From an uncultured Prevotella sp. (GTDB lineage: Bacteria > Bacteroidota > Bacteroidia > Bacteroidales > Bacteroidaceae): a stretch of 51,843 bases of DNA. Positions 32,860-43,238 of this stretch are shown piece after piece; positions within the stretch are counted from its first letter, which is position 1, and the number at the start of each line of letters is the position of its first letter. The stretch covers positions 1 to 51,843 of the forward strand of contig CAAFRM010000366.1 in the NCBI GenBank assembly GCA_900765465.1, in the 5' to 3' direction. The notes beneath the pieces are model-generated. The model was given only the letters and a program-made list of their open reading frames with translations, was not told where the DNA came from and searched no databases. The position numbers were made by a program, and so were the translations under genes.

Positions 32860-33882
32860 ATGGCAAAGATTGTAACATTAGGCGAGATTATGCTTCGTTT
32901 GTCACCAGAAGGCAACGATCGTTTCATCCAGAGTGAGTCACTTCGCATCATCCCTGGTGGTGGTGAGGCTAACGTTGCTGTTAGCCTTGCTAACTATGGT
33001 CACGATGCATATTTCGTATCAAAGTTGCCAAAGCACGAGATTGGCCAGATTGCAGTAAATGGTCTTCGTCGTTATGGCGTCAACACAGAGTTTATCGCTC
33101 GCGGTGGTGATAGAGTAGGTCTCTACTATGCAGAGACAGGTGCTTCTATGCGCCCATCTAAGGTTATCTACGACCGTGCTCACAGCGCTATCGCAGAGGC
33201 TGATCCTTCTGATTTCGACTTTGACAAGATCATGGAGGGTGCTCAGTGGTTCCACTGGAGCGGAATTACTCCTGCTATCAGCGACAAGGCTGCAGAATTG
33301 ACCAAGTTGGCTTGTGAGGCTGCTAAGCGTCATGGCGTAACTGTATCTGTTGACCTCAACTTCCGCAAGAAGCTCTGGACATCAGAGAAGGCTATCTCTG
33401 TGATGCGCCCATTGATGCAGTATGTAGATGTTTGCATCGGTAACGAGGAAGATGCTCAGCTTTGCCTGGGCTTCAAGCCTGATGCTGACGTAGAAGGCGG
33501 TAAGACTGATGCTGAGGGTTACTATGGCATCTTCAAGGGTATGATGGAGGAGTTCGGCTTCAAGTATGTCGTTTCTACGCTCCGTGAGTCTCTTTCTGCT
33601 ACCCACAATGGTTGGAAGGCTCTTATCTATGATGGTAAGGAGTTCTATCAGAGCAAGCACTACGATATCAACCCTATTATCGACCGCGTGGGTGGTGGTG
33701 ACTCTTTCTCTGGTGGTTTGATCCATGGTCTCCTGACTAAGGAGACTCAGGGCGAGGCACTTGAGTTCGCTGTTGCTGCTTCTGCCTTGAAGCACACTAT
33801 CCCTGGCGACTTCAACTTGGTTTCTGTTGACGAGGTTGAGAGCCTTGCTGGCGGTAACGCTAATGGTCGTGTACAGCGATAA
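32860..33882 (+). CDS. kdgK: 2-dehydro-3-deoxygluconokinase (PfkB family)
   Basis: GEIMLRL, GGEANVA, DLNFRKKLW and DRVGGGDSF; adjacent to eda. Confidence 0.9.
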   Translation: MAKIVTLGEIMLRLSPEGNDRFIQSESLRIIPGGGEANVAVSLANYGHDAYFVSKLPKHEIGQIAVNGLRRYGVNTEFIARGGDRVGLYYAETGASMRPSKVIYDRAHSAIAEADPSDFDFDKIMEGAQWFHWSGITPAISDKAAELTKLACEAAKRHGVTVSVDLNFRKKLWTSEKAISVMRPLMQYVDVCIGNEEDAQLCLGFKPDADVEGGKTDAEGYYGIFKGMMEEFGFKYVVSTLRESLSATHNGWKALIYDGKEFYQSKHYDINPIIDRVGGGDSFSGGLIHGLLTKETQGEALEFAVAASALKHTIPGDFNLVSVDEVESLAGGNANGRVQR

Positions 33883-33907
33883 CACTTAACATTAAACATT
33901 TAACATT
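33880..33907. repeat. Heptamer tandem repeat (T/A)AACATT x4
   Basis: TAACACT TAACATT AAACATT TAACATT in the kdgK-eda gap. Confidence 0.7.
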
Positions 33908-33918
33908 AAAACAAGAAG

Positions 33919-34590
33919 ATGGCAAAGTTTAGCAAAATGCAGGTCATGGCAGCTATGAAAGAGACTGGTATGGTTCCTGTATTCTTCAATAAAGATATCG
34001 AAATCTGCAAGAACGTAATCAAAGCATGCTACGAGGGTGGCGTTCGCGTATTTGAATTCACTAACCGTGGCGATTTCGCTCACGAGATTTTCGGAGAGTT
34101 GGTAAAGTGGGCTGATAAGGAGTGCCCAGAGATGATCTTGGGTGCTGGTACTGTGGTTGATGCTGGTACAGCTTCCTTGTATCTCCAGTTGGGTGCAAAC
34201 TTCATCGTTGGTCCTAACTTCAACCCTGACATTGCTCCAGTATGTAACCGTCGTTTGGTGCCTTATTCACCAGGTTGTGGTTCTGTAACAGAGATCAACA
34301 ATGCTCAGGCAGCAGGTTGCGATGTAACCAAGGTATTCCCTGCAGGTAATGTAGGTGGTCCTTCATTCGTTAAGAATGTAATGGCACCATTGCGTTGGAG
34401 CAACATCATGGTAACAGGTGCAGTAGAGCCAACAGAGGAGAACCTTACTCCTTGGATCAAGGCAGGTGTTCTCTGTGTAGGTATGGGTTCTAAGCTCTTC
34501 CCTAAGGAGACTGTTGCTGCAGCAGATTGGGCTGCCATCACAGCCAAGTGCCAGGAAGCTTTGGGCTACATTGCTAAGGCACGTGCATAA
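33919..34590 (+). CDS. eda: KDPG/KHG aldolase
   Basis: [29 protein letters not shown] and GMGS. Confidence 0.92.
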   Translation: MAKFSKMQVMAAMKETGMVPVFFNKDIEICKNVIKACYEGGVRVFEFTNRGDFAHEIFGELVKWADKECPEMILGAGTVVDAGTASLYLQLGANFIVGPNFNPDIAPVCNRRLVPYSPGCGSVTEINNAQAAGCDVTKVFPAGNVGGPSFVKNVMAPLRWSNIMVTGAVEPTEENLTPWIKAGVLCVGMGSKLFPKETVAAADWAAITAKCQEALGYIAKARA

Positions 34591-34595
34591 TCAGA

Positions 34596-37500
34596 ATGCA
34601 TAAAAGATTTCATCATATTTATGGCATCGCCATCATCTGTATGATGGTGGTGATGTTTGTTTTTTCAGCTTGTTCGCCATCGCATAAGGGCGAAGTAGAT
34701 GAGCTGAATTATCTTTCTTATGCGCTTCACTATCGTAACCTTGATTCCACTAAAGTATTGGCAGAGAAAGCTTTGGCTCTTTCCGAAGACTATCCTGCCG
34801 GATATGCGGAGGCTTGCAATAACCTGGCTTTTGTGGCTATTGCCAAGATGGATTACCATACTGCCAAGCGATGGCTTGACAAGGTAAACGAACGCAGTGA
34901 CAACCAGATAGAACTCCTTATTGCCGACGTTCAGAATATGCGACTCTGTCAGCGTGAGGCCCGCAACAAGGATTTCTACAGCTTTAGAGAAAAAGCCATC
35001 CGTAAACTGCGAAGAATCGGTGAGGAAATAGATAACCTTCCTCTTCGGGAGCGTCAGCGCGCCATTTATGCGAAGAGTGAGTTTGATATCGTTGCTGCCA
35101 CCTATTTTTATTATGTACAGCTAGACAAGCCGATGCTCAATGCGCTGGCAGATCTTGACCCGGATGAAGTGGAACAGGATACGGCACAGTATCTCAACTA
35201 TCTTTATAATATGGGAGCTGGTGGCGCCATTACTCATGGCACCCCACAGGAAATCTGTCAGGCGGAATTTGATATGCTCATTCGCCTCTACTTTTTGGCA
35301 AGTGGCAGCAATCCTTATCCATACTGGCAGGCAAACGCACTGCAATCTATCAGCGAACATATTCAGGATCCGGAACAGCGCGATTTCCTGGTAAAAAACA
35401 ATCTTCCGGCTTTCCAGTATCTCAATGTAGAACAGATGCCTTTGGAACTTCTGGCAGGAAACTTTGCGCAACGTGCACTCAATATCTTTTCTGAATATGG
35501 AGACGTTTACCAGACGGCAGGAGCATACCGCACACTGGCAGAATGCTACTGGCAGATCAAGGATTATAAATCGGCAGGCGATTGCCTGAATAGGGCACTC
35601 AATCAGAACAGAGCCATCCAGCAGGCGCCCGACCTGGTGGCATCTATCCGGGAAAGACTCAGCCTGGTTTATTCTGCCATCGATGATAAGCCGGAAAGCG
35701 ATTACAACCGCAATATTTACCTCGACTTGCAGGAGCAGAGCCGACAGGACAGGCAGTTGGAAGCGCGTGCCACTCAGTTGGACAACAATGCCGTCCAGCT
35801 GAACACGATGATTGCTGCGGTAATCTTTACGATAATCTTGGTTGTGGTCTTGCTCTATGTATTCGACAGAATGAAGCGCCGTAATACCAAGGAAAGTTCT
35901 GTAGAATCCCTACTGATACCTTTACATGAGTGGGAAGAACAGAACATACAGCATATCAATGTGTTATCAGAAAAACATGAAGAATTGGAAGAAGCCAAGA
36001 ATATGGTCCAGCTTCATATATCTGACAATAGGCGTCGCAACCTGGAACAGCGTGCCAAGCTTTCTCTGGTCAATAGCATCACCCCATTTATCGACCGTAT
36101 GATCCATGAGGTAGATAGGCTGATGAAGGGAGATGATCCTGAAGAAGTGAAACAGGAGCGATATACCTATATCTCAGAGTTGACAGATAAAATCAATCAA
36201 TATAATTCCATTCTCACCGATTGGATACAGATGCGCCAGGGAGCCATCAATCTCCGTATTGAGAGCTTCCCGCTCCAGCCACTTTTCGATATTGTAGCCA
36301 AAGGAAAAATGAGTTTTCAAATGCGTGGGGTCAAACTGACCGTACAGCCTACAGATGCCATGGTAAAGGCAGACCGTACGCTGACACTATTCATGATTAA
36401 CACCATCGCCGACAACGCCAGGAAGTTTACACCTGCAGGAGGTGAGGTCGTGGTTAGTGCCAAGAGCCATCAGGCTTTTGTGGAAATATCTGTAAAAGAT
36501 ACGGGAAAAGGTATGGATGAAGAAACACTGGAACACATCTTCGACCGCACCTATACCGGCGGACATGGATTCGGATTGCTCAACTGTAAGGGCATCATCG
36601 ATAAGTACAAGAAAATCAGCTCGCTCTTCTCTCCTTGTAATATTCAGGCAGAGAGTGAGCCTGGAAAGGGTAGTAGGTTCACTTTCCGACTGCCTTGCGG
36701 TATTCGAAAAATGCAAATGATACTGATACTTGCCTTGATGCTGATAGGTTGTAATATACCATCTGTTGTACTGGGAAGCACTCGGGAAAATGTCTCTATA
36801 CACAGAACTGACAAGCACAGAACTGACAGGCACAGGGGCAATAAGCAGACATCGCGATTGCTGCAAAAAGCAGCATCCTATGCCGACAGTGCCTATTTCA
36901 GTAATATCAATGGTACCTACGAGCGGACCCTAGCTATGGCAGATTCGTCTCGCAGCTATCTCAACCGATACTATCTGACATTGAATCCTGATGGGAAATA
37001 TCTGATGGTGGCACATCCCATGAAAGGAACCGCTGCCGAAATCCATTGGCTGCACGACAGTTTGCCAACCAACTACGAGGTCATACTCGATATCCGTAAT
37101 GAGAGTGCCGTGGCAGCGCTGGCGCTTCACAAATGGGAGCTATACGATAGTAACAACAAGGTATATACACAGCTCTTCCGTGAAAGGAGTGCGGATAATT
37201 CGCTCGATAACTACGTAAGAACCATGCAGACTTCAGAAAACTCGAAGGCTGTAGCCATCGTCTTGCTGATTATCCTGCTGTTACAATTGCCACTGGCATA
37301 TTATCTGCTATACTATCGCCACATCCTCCGTTATCGCTATGCCGTAGAAAAAATCAATGGTATTAACAAGGTGTTGCTCAGTGGTGATTCCAACACGGAT
37401 AAGCTGAAACAGATTACCGGAATCTGGACTCCATCCGGCAGCAATAACATACGTAACGCTCAGCTTTTCCCTCAGCTCAATGAGGTGGTGGAACGTATCT

Positions 37501-38120
37501 CGCAGGCACTGAAGCAAAGCATTGATATGCAGCAGAATGAGGCTACGAATATAGAAATGGCTGAAGACGAACTGCATCGTGCAGAGTATGAAAACGGAAA
37601 GTTGCACATTGCCAATTCCGTACTCGACAACTGTCTCTCTACGCTCAAGCACGAAACGATGTATTACCCATCGCGAATCAGACAGCTTATCGACAGTACA
37701 CCGGAGGATGTTACTTCCCTGCAGGAGTTGGTGGATTACTACAAGGCAATATACACGATGCTCAGCGCACAGGCAATGGAGCAGGTGGAAGGAACCGTGA
37801 AATGCGACGCAGACTTGCTGGCATATCTCAGGAAGCTGATCACTGGCGGAGTGAAGAACTTCACTTATCAGGAAGCAGCCGCATCATCCGCCTATGTTAC
37901 CTGCCAGTATATCCTTCACGATATTCCATTTGACGCAACCCGTCATCCACATCTCTTCACACCGCTCACCAGCGATATGAAATATCTGGTGGCCCGCCAG
38001 ATTGTGAGAGAAATAGGGGAGGCAACCAACCTGCGTGGCTGCGGCATTCTTGCCAAGTCGTCATCTGATGGCAAACTCATGATAGAAATCGTTTTACCGA
38101 AAAAAATATTAAAAACATAG
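34596..38120 (+). CDS. DUF5112/DUF5113-type sensor histidine kinase with two extracytoplasmic domains
   Basis: N-terminal signal/TM, TPR-like domain, TM, HATPase boxes (NTIADNARKFT, DTGKGM, GHGFGL, GKGSRF), then TM, second domain, TM and a degenerate kinase-like tail (TLKHETMYYP). Confidence 0.8.
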   Translation: MHKRFHHIYGIAIICMMVVMFVFSACSPSHKGEVDELNYLSYALHYRNLDSTKVLAEKALALSEDYPAGYAEACNNLAFVAIAKMDYHTAKRWLDKVNERSDNQIELLIADVQNMRLCQREARNKDFYSFREKAIRKLRRIGEEIDNLPLRERQRAIYAKSEFDIVAATYFYYVQLDKPMLNALADLDPDEVEQDTAQYLNYLYNMGAGGAITHGTPQEICQAEFDMLIRLYFLASGSNPYPYWQANALQSISEHIQDPEQRDFLVKNNLPAFQYLNVEQMPLELLAGNFAQRALNIFSEYGDVYQTAGAYRTLAECYWQIKDYKSAGDCLNRALNQNRAIQQAPDLVASIRERLSLVYSAIDDKPESDYNRNIYLDLQEQSRQDRQLEARATQLDNNAVQLNTMIAAVIFTIILVVVLLYVFDRMKRRNTKESSVESLLIPLHEWEEQNIQHINVLSEKHEELEEAKNMVQLHISDNRRRNLEQRAKLSLVNSITPFIDRMIHEVDRLMKGDDPEEVKQERYTYISELTDKINQYNSILTDWIQMRQGAINLRIESFPLQPLFDIVAKGKMSFQMRGVKLTVQPTDAMVKADRTLTLFMINTIADNARKFTPAGGEVVVSAKSHQAFVEISVKDTGKGMDEETLEHIFDRTYTGGHGFGLLNCKGIIDKYKKISSLFSPCNIQAESEPGKGSRFTFRLPCGIRKMQMILILALMLIGCNIPSVVLGSTRENVSIHRTDKHRTDRHRGNKQTSRLLQKAASYADSAYFSNINGTYERTLAMADSSRSYLNRYYLTLNPDGKYLMVAHPMKGTAAEIHWLHDSLPTNYEVILDIRNESAVAALALHKWELYDSNNKVYTQLFRERSADNSLDNYVRTMQTSENSKAVAIVLLIILLLQLPLAYYLLYYRHILRYRYAVEKINGINKVLLSGDSNTDKLKQITGIWTPSGSNNIRNAQLFPQLNEVVERISQALKQSIDMQQNEATNIEMAEDELHRAEYENGKLHIANSVLDNCLSTLKHETMYYPSRIRQLIDSTPEDVTSLQELVDYYKAIYTMLSAQAMEQVEGTVKCDADLLAYLRKLITGGVKNFTYQEAAASSAYVTCQYILHDIPFDATRHPHLFTPLTSDMKYLVARQIVREIGEATNLRGCGILAKSSSDGKLMIEIVLPKKILKT

Positions 38121-38122
38121 AT

Positions 38123-38848
38123 ATGGACAATTTTAAGGTTATTATAGTAGAAGATGTGCCTCTGGAATTGAAAGGCACAGAAGGAATCTTCAAGAACGAC
38201 ATACCCGAAGCTGAAATCATCGGCACTGCGGATAGTGAAATCGCTTATTGGAAACTCATCAAACAGCAAAATCCAGATCTTGTTCTGCTTGATCTTGGCC
38301 TGGGTGGCTCCACCACTGTTGGAGTAGAAATTTGCCGTAGTACAAAGGAACAGTATCCTGATGTGAAGGTCCTGATCTTTACCGGTGAGATTCTCAACGA
38401 GAAGTTATGGGTAGATGTGCTCGATGCAGGATGTGAAGGCATCATCCTCAAGAGCGGAGAATTGCTGACCCGTGGTGACGTGGCTTCCTGCATGAGTGGT
38501 AAGAAACTGGTTTTCAACCAGCCGATTCTCCAGAAAATCGTTGATAGATTCAAGCAGAGCGTAGGAAGCCAGCTGATGCATCAGGAGGCAATGATCAATT
38601 ACGAGATTGATGAGTACGACGAGCGATTCCTCCGCCATCTCGCCCTGGGTTATACCAAGGAGCAGATCACGAACCTGCGAGGTATGCCATTCGGAGTAAA
38701 GAGTCTGGAAAAACGGCAGAATGAACTCGTACAGAAGCTCTTCCCTGATGGTAATAACGGAATGAGCGTGAATGCGACCCGTCTCGTGGTACGTGCCTGC
38801 GAGTTACGCATCATCGATATTGATAATTTGCAGGCTGATGAAGAATAG
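38123..38848 (+). CDS. Response regulator (REC plus LuxR-like/DUF5932 output)
   Basis: IIVED, DLVLLDL, IFTG and ILK receiver residues; FLRHLALGYTKEQI HTH-like C-terminus; 2 bp after the kinase. Confidence 0.88.
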   Translation: MDNFKVIIVEDVPLELKGTEGIFKNDIPEAEIIGTADSEIAYWKLIKQQNPDLVLLDLGLGGSTTVGVEICRSTKEQYPDVKVLIFTGEILNEKLWVDVLDAGCEGIILKSGELLTRGDVASCMSGKKLVFNQPILQKIVDRFKQSVGSQLMHQEAMINYEIDEYDERFLRHLALGYTKEQITNLRGMPFGVKSLEKRQNELVQKLFPDGNNGMSVNATRLVVRACELRIIDIDNLQADEE

Positions 38849-39437
38849 TCATACATTCAGCAGGATATGTGGCTATGCCATGTTCCTGCTGATACTGGCA
38901 CAGATCGTACTGGTGCTGGCTTCCTGGCTCATCACTGCCGCTATGCCCGATGTCTTTCCCCGGTCATTGCTCAGCCCGGAAGGTATCAGATGGTTCTTCG
39001 GCACTTTCACCGCCAATCTGCAGTCACCTTGGCTGATATGGTTGTTGCTGATCAGTATTGCCTGGGGAACGCTACGGGCTAGCGGCTTGTTAAACTACGA
39101 CCATAAGGTTTACCGACAGCGCAATGCCTTGCGGTTGGTTTGCCTGGAATTCGTCCTGTTTATCGGTGTGATGCTGTTGCTCACACTCATCCCTCATGCC
39201 ATCCTGCTCAATGTAATGGGAGGATATGCCTCCAGCAGTTTTTCCAGAAGCATCTTGCCCTATATCTGTTTTATGGTCATTGTCATGGCACAGTCTTTCG
39301 GCGTAGTCAGCCAAAGACTGAACAGTATTGAGGCAATGGGAGAGGCAATGGCGGATGGGGTTCGTCTGTCTGCTCCTCTCTTTATCATCTATATACTTGT
39401 CATTCAATTATATAGTTCTGTAGATTATCTTTTTTGA
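38838..39437 (+). CDS. Short AbgT-related membrane protein
   Basis: RSLLSPEGIRWF resembles the AbgT N-terminus; about 5 TM segments; ATG 38838 overlaps the regulator 3' end. Confidence 0.65.
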   Translation: MKNSHTFSRICGYAMFLLILAQIVLVLASWLITAAMPDVFPRSLLSPEGIRWFFGTFTANLQSPWLIWLLLISIAWGTLRASGLLNYDHKVYRQRNALRLVCLEFVLFIGVMLLLTLIPHAILLNVMGGYASSSFSRSILPYICFMVIVMAQSFGVVSQRLNSIEAMGEAMADGVRLSAPLFIIYILVIQLYSSVDYLF

Positions 39438-39478
39438 GGATCTTTGATAGTACATCAATTCATCATACTAAAAAAGCA

Positions 39479-39515
39479 AAGGGGCATTCCAATCACTTGG
39501 AATGTCCCTTCTTTT
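39479..39515. terminator. Bidirectional terminator
   Basis: AAGGGGCATTCCAA-TCAC-TTGGAATGTCCCTT hairpin with A/T tracts between convergent genes. Confidence 0.75.
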
Positions 39516-39547
39516 GGTATATATTTGGTTTGATAAATTGGTCTTAA

Positions 39548-40492
39548 CTATCTTCTGCCACCGAATGATCCGCCGCCATTATGGCTCTTGCTACGGGAAG
39601 AACCACCTCCAAAGGAACTGCGGGCACCATTGCTGCCTCCGCCAAAGGAACGGCTTCTACTGTTGAATGAACGGCTGTTATTCAACGAATTGCCGCCACG
39701 GTTTCCGCCGAAAGATCCATTGCTTGGAGTGCTGGAACGTGGAGTGAAACCATTATTAAACGAACGGCTGTTGTTGGTAGAGCCACTGCCGAATCCACTT
39801 CGGTTATAACCTCCGAAAGAACCACCGCCACGGACACCACTTCCAAAGGTAGCATTATTTTGGCGACTGTTGCCGAAAGAATGATCACGTGTAACCGTAG
39901 TTCTTGTACTGCTCTGACGATTGAGGTTACCGAACGTCTTGCCACGACCATAATCGCCACGGTTGAATCCATCGCGCATACCGAATCTAGGTTCCTGACC
40001 ACGAACACCGATAGGGCGAGGACCGCCGAACTCACGTCCGTGATACCAGCTTCTGCCACCATTCATTCTCCAGCTGTGTCCACCACGATATACAGCATAG
40101 AAATGAGGTCTTCCGAAGAAGAAGTAATCTCTGCGTGGGTAGCGTGCATAGATGCCGAAGTGGAAGTAACCACCATCCCAGTAAAGAGGACGGTAGAAAT
40201 AGCTTGCGGCACAGAATGAGCGATACTGCCAATCCAGAAGGATATAGCTCAAGTCGAGATTACGCTGACGCCAATAGATGCCGTAGAGATCGTCGTAAGT
40301 ATCTACGCCCATCAGATAGTCGAGGTTCACCTCATAGGCTGCCTCATACTGATCATCTGTCAGATTCAGCTCGTAAGCCATCTTGTCTGTCAGAAACAGA
40401 GCCTGCTGGCGAGCCTGTTCATAACTCATTGCTGATGCAGAAGTGAATGTCATCATGAACATTGCTACTAGTGCTATGATAAACTTCTTCAT
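39548..40492 (-). CDS. Secreted hypothetical protein with G/S/R/N/F low-complexity C-terminus
   Basis: Signal peptide; helical N-domain (ALFLTDKMAYELNLT), aromatic-rich middle and repeated SFG/SFN/RGG tail. Confidence 0.75.
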   Translation of the reverse strand: MKKFIIALVAMFMMTFTSASAMSYEQARQQALFLTDKMAYELNLTDDQYEAAYEVNLDYLMGVDTYDDLYGIYWRQRNLDLSYILLDWQYRSFCAASYFYRPLYWDGGYFHFGIYARYPRRDYFFFGRPHFYAVYRGGHSWRMNGGRSWYHGREFGGPRPIGVRGQEPRFGMRDGFNRGDYGRGKTFGNLNRQSSTRTTVTRDHSFGNSRQNNATFGSGVRGGGSFGGYNRSGFGSGSTNNSRSFNNGFTPRSSTPSNGSFGGNRGGNSLNNSRSFNSRSRSFGGGSNGARSSFGGGSSRSKSHNGGGSFGGRR

Positions 40493-40620
40493 AATCTTAT
40501 CTTATTTTATATGTTAAACTTCCATTTTCCAGGAAACCATCAGATTCCCGAATGATCGTCAATTCCGTCATCTTTCTGATTTCTGCTGCAAAGATAAGGC
40601 GATTTATGGAGGTATAGTAA

Positions 40621-40657
40621 GGATTTTCCCTAAACCGATAGAGGAATTTCCCTAAAC
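40621..40657 (-). promoter_or_regulatory. 15-bp direct repeat at 22-bp spacing upstream of a promoter
   Basis: GGATTTTCCCTAAAC (40621) and GGAATTTCCCTAAAC (40643); minus-strand TATCTTTG box at 40589-40596. Confidence 0.55.
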
Positions 40658-40711
40658 GATGCTTTTCATAACCACTATTTATCATAACGTCCCTTAAAAG
40701 TAAAAAAGTAG

Positions 40712-40741
40712 GGGCTCTCTTCATACTTAGAAAGAGAGCCC
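40712..40741 (-). terminator. Terminator of the GH27 gene
   Basis: GGGCTCTCTT...AAGAGAGCCC 10-bp stem with an A-rich run on its left. Confidence 0.7.
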
Positions 40742-40751
40742 AACTTATAGC

Positions 40752-41972
40752 TTATTTCAATACAAACACCTTGGTTTCGTGAGCTTTCACGGTGCCTTTC
40801 CATCTGTTTGCCTTCTTGGCAATGTCGCGATGCTGCCATACATCTCTTACCAGATACTTGCCGTTTAAGCCCAACTGCTTGAAATCTGCCTGAATAGACT
40901 TATCTTTATCACCACAGTTAAGAATGGCAACGGCATGAGAACCATTTGCCAAAGGACGAACATAAATCTGATGATCAGCCTGATTTACCTTGCGCTCAGC
41001 AGCCTTGCCCAACGGATCCTGATCAATGGCGATGATTTCCTTGTTCAGGAGAATGCGCTTATCCTCAGCAGAAAGCTTTCTGAGGTCGTTGCTCAATGCC
41101 AGTACTGATGACATCATGCACCACATACTCATCTGGGTCTGATACTCAGTATAGCTGCAGCCAACTCCACCCAGATCACTGGATGGTCCGCCCTTGCCAT
41201 TCAATCCCACAACCAGCATATCCATATCAGGCCACTGTCCGTGGCGAACATCCTTGGCGAGCGGTGCTGTGATATTCACGATATCGAGAATACCCATACC
41301 GCCTTGCTTCACGATATCTTTCCACATATCTCTTACATCATAGCTGGTTCTCCAGAGCGAACCGCCTACCTGCTCGCACCATTCTTCGCAGTTGCGCTGT
41401 CCCCATTCGCAGATACCTAGAACGATGTTTCTACCCGACTTGCTCAAAGCCTGAGCCATCGCATGATAGCGTTTACGGGCTGTGGCACTGTCCTCCGGAG
41501 CATTGCAGTAGTCATATTTCAGATAGTCGATACCCCATGAAGCAAAGGTGCGGGCATCCTGCTCCTCGAAACCATAACTGGCTGTCCATCCACCGCAGGT
41601 AAGCTGGGCTGCATCAGAATAGATACCCAACTTCAATCCCTTGGAGTGTACATAGTCGGCAAGCGCCTTGATGCCATTCGGGAACTTCTTTGGGTCTGGA
41701 ATGATGTTATTATGGCGGTCACGACCTCCCTGCCACAAGTCATCTATAAAGATGTATTCGTAACCGGCATCACGGAAACCGTGTTCTACCATGGCATCGG
41801 CAGTTTCCTTGATCAGCTGTTCACTGATGTCACCTTTAAAGAGGTTCCATGTCATCCATCCCATAGGAGGAGTTTTTGCTAATTGGTTGCGCTCCAGCAG
41901 CGTTTCGCTTTTCTGGGCAAAAGAAGATGTTGCCAATAAGGCAGCAAAAGCAATAGATAAGATTTTCTTCAT
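40752..41972 (-). CDS. GH27 alpha-galactosidase
   Basis: TPPMGWMTWN, IDDLW, WGIDYLKYDYC, CEWG, WRTSYD and WPDMDML. Confidence 0.92.
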   Translation of the reverse strand: MKKILSIAFAALLATSSFAQKSETLLERNQLAKTPPMGWMTWNLFKGDISEQLIKETADAMVEHGFRDAGYEYIFIDDLWQGGRDRHNNIIPDPKKFPNGIKALADYVHSKGLKLGIYSDAAQLTCGGWTASYGFEEQDARTFASWGIDYLKYDYCNAPEDSATARKRYHAMAQALSKSGRNIVLGICEWGQRNCEEWCEQVGGSLWRTSYDVRDMWKDIVKQGGMGILDIVNITAPLAKDVRHGQWPDMDMLVVGLNGKGGPSSDLGGVGCSYTEYQTQMSMWCMMSSVLALSNDLRKLSAEDKRILLNKEIIAIDQDPLGKAAERKVNQADHQIYVRPLANGSHAVAILNCGDKDKSIQADFKQLGLNGKYLVRDVWQHRDIAKKANRWKGTVKAHETKVFVLK

Positions 41973-42122
41973 ATTGAATTTTAATTATATGGTTTATTCC
42001 AATATGCAAAGGTACATCTTTTTTCTAAAAAAACGTTAGTTCTTAAACATATTTAATACTTTGTTCCCCTTACATTCGCCATTATTTCATACCTTTGCAA
42101 AAAATAAAAAAAAGAAGAAGAT

Positions 42123-43220
42123 ATGAAAAAGAAAGATGATATGACAGGATGGCTCATGAAATGCAGTAGCAGCTGTCTGATATTCATGGGATGCAGTCTG
42201 ATGATTACGGGATTCTGCCTGCTGTTGACAGGATGTACGGAAAAAGCCAAGAAGATGGAAAAGAAGAATATCAAGGTGGAAACAATCTCTGTAGGAAATA
42301 CAAACCTGGGGGGAACGAAAGACTATGTGGGTACCATCGAGGAAAAGATGGGATCAACACTCAGTTTCGAAATCGCCGGAAATATCACTTCCATCCGTGT
42401 AGATGAGGGTGACAGAGTCAGCAAAGGTCAGTTGCTCGCCACCATCAACCCTACTACCGTGAAGGAGGCTCACCGGGCTACCCTCACCACCTTGAAGCAG
42501 GCAGAAGATGCCTACAGGAGATTCCTGCCCCTCCATCAGTCGGGAACCATCTCGGACATGAAATGGGTGGAGATAGAAAGTAAACTGGAACAGGCGAAGG
42601 TAGCCGAAAGCATCGCCCGTCAGCAACTCTCCCACTCTACACTCACCGCTCCGTTTTCTGGCGTCATCGCTGCCAAGAATGTGGATATGGGAACCTACGT
42701 GCTTCCTGGTCAGCCCGTGCTGAAACTCGCCAATGTGGCTCAGGTCAACGCCAAGGTTTCCGTACCCGAAGCTGAAATCTCGCATCTCCACGTAGGCGAC
42801 AAGGTGAAGCTGACGGTTGCCGCTCTTTCAGGAGCCGTCTTCTATGGAACCATCTCAGAAAAAGGCATCGATGCCAATCCTATCTCGCATACCTACGACA
42901 TCAAGGTGGGTATCACCAATCCGCAGGGGCGGCTGCTCCCGGGTATGGTCTGCAACGCCCAGATTCAGGGCAGCGCAGCAGCACCGGCTCATATCATCGT
43001 TCCGCCGCAAAGCGTTGAATTGGATGTAGATAACTCCCGATTCGTTTGGACCGTAGTAAACGGCAAGGCGCACCAGCAACCTGTAACCATAGGCGATTTC
43101 GAGGGAGATGGCATCATCATTCTCTCGGGACTTCATACTGGCGACCAGGTCATCATCAATGGTCAGCAGAAGGTATCAGAAGGTATGAAGGTGGATACCG
43201 GAAAGAGTAACAACCGATAA
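42123..43220 (+). CDS. RND efflux periplasmic adaptor (MFP)
   Basis: Lipobox LTGC; VDEGDRVSKGQLLA, LTAPFSG, LLPGM and GLHTGDQVI; TACCTTTG promoter box at 42090; exact start uncertain. Confidence 0.9.
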   Translation: MKKKDDMTGWLMKCSSSCLIFMGCSLMITGFCLLLTGCTEKAKKMEKKNIKVETISVGNTNLGGTKDYVGTIEEKMGSTLSFEIAGNITSIRVDEGDRVSKGQLLATINPTTVKEAHRATLTTLKQAEDAYRRFLPLHQSGTISDMKWVEIESKLEQAKVAESIARQQLSHSTLTAPFSGVIAAKNVDMGTYVLPGQPVLKLANVAQVNAKVSVPEAEISHLHVGDKVKLTVAALSGAVFYGTISEKGIDANPISHTYDIKVGITNPQGRLLPGMVCNAQIQGSAAAPAHIIVPPQSVELDVDNSRFVWTVVNGKAHQQPVTIGDFEGDGIIILSGLHTGDQVIINGQQKVSEGMKVDTGKSNNR

Positions 43221-43238
43221 AAAGTGGAGGGAAAAGAT

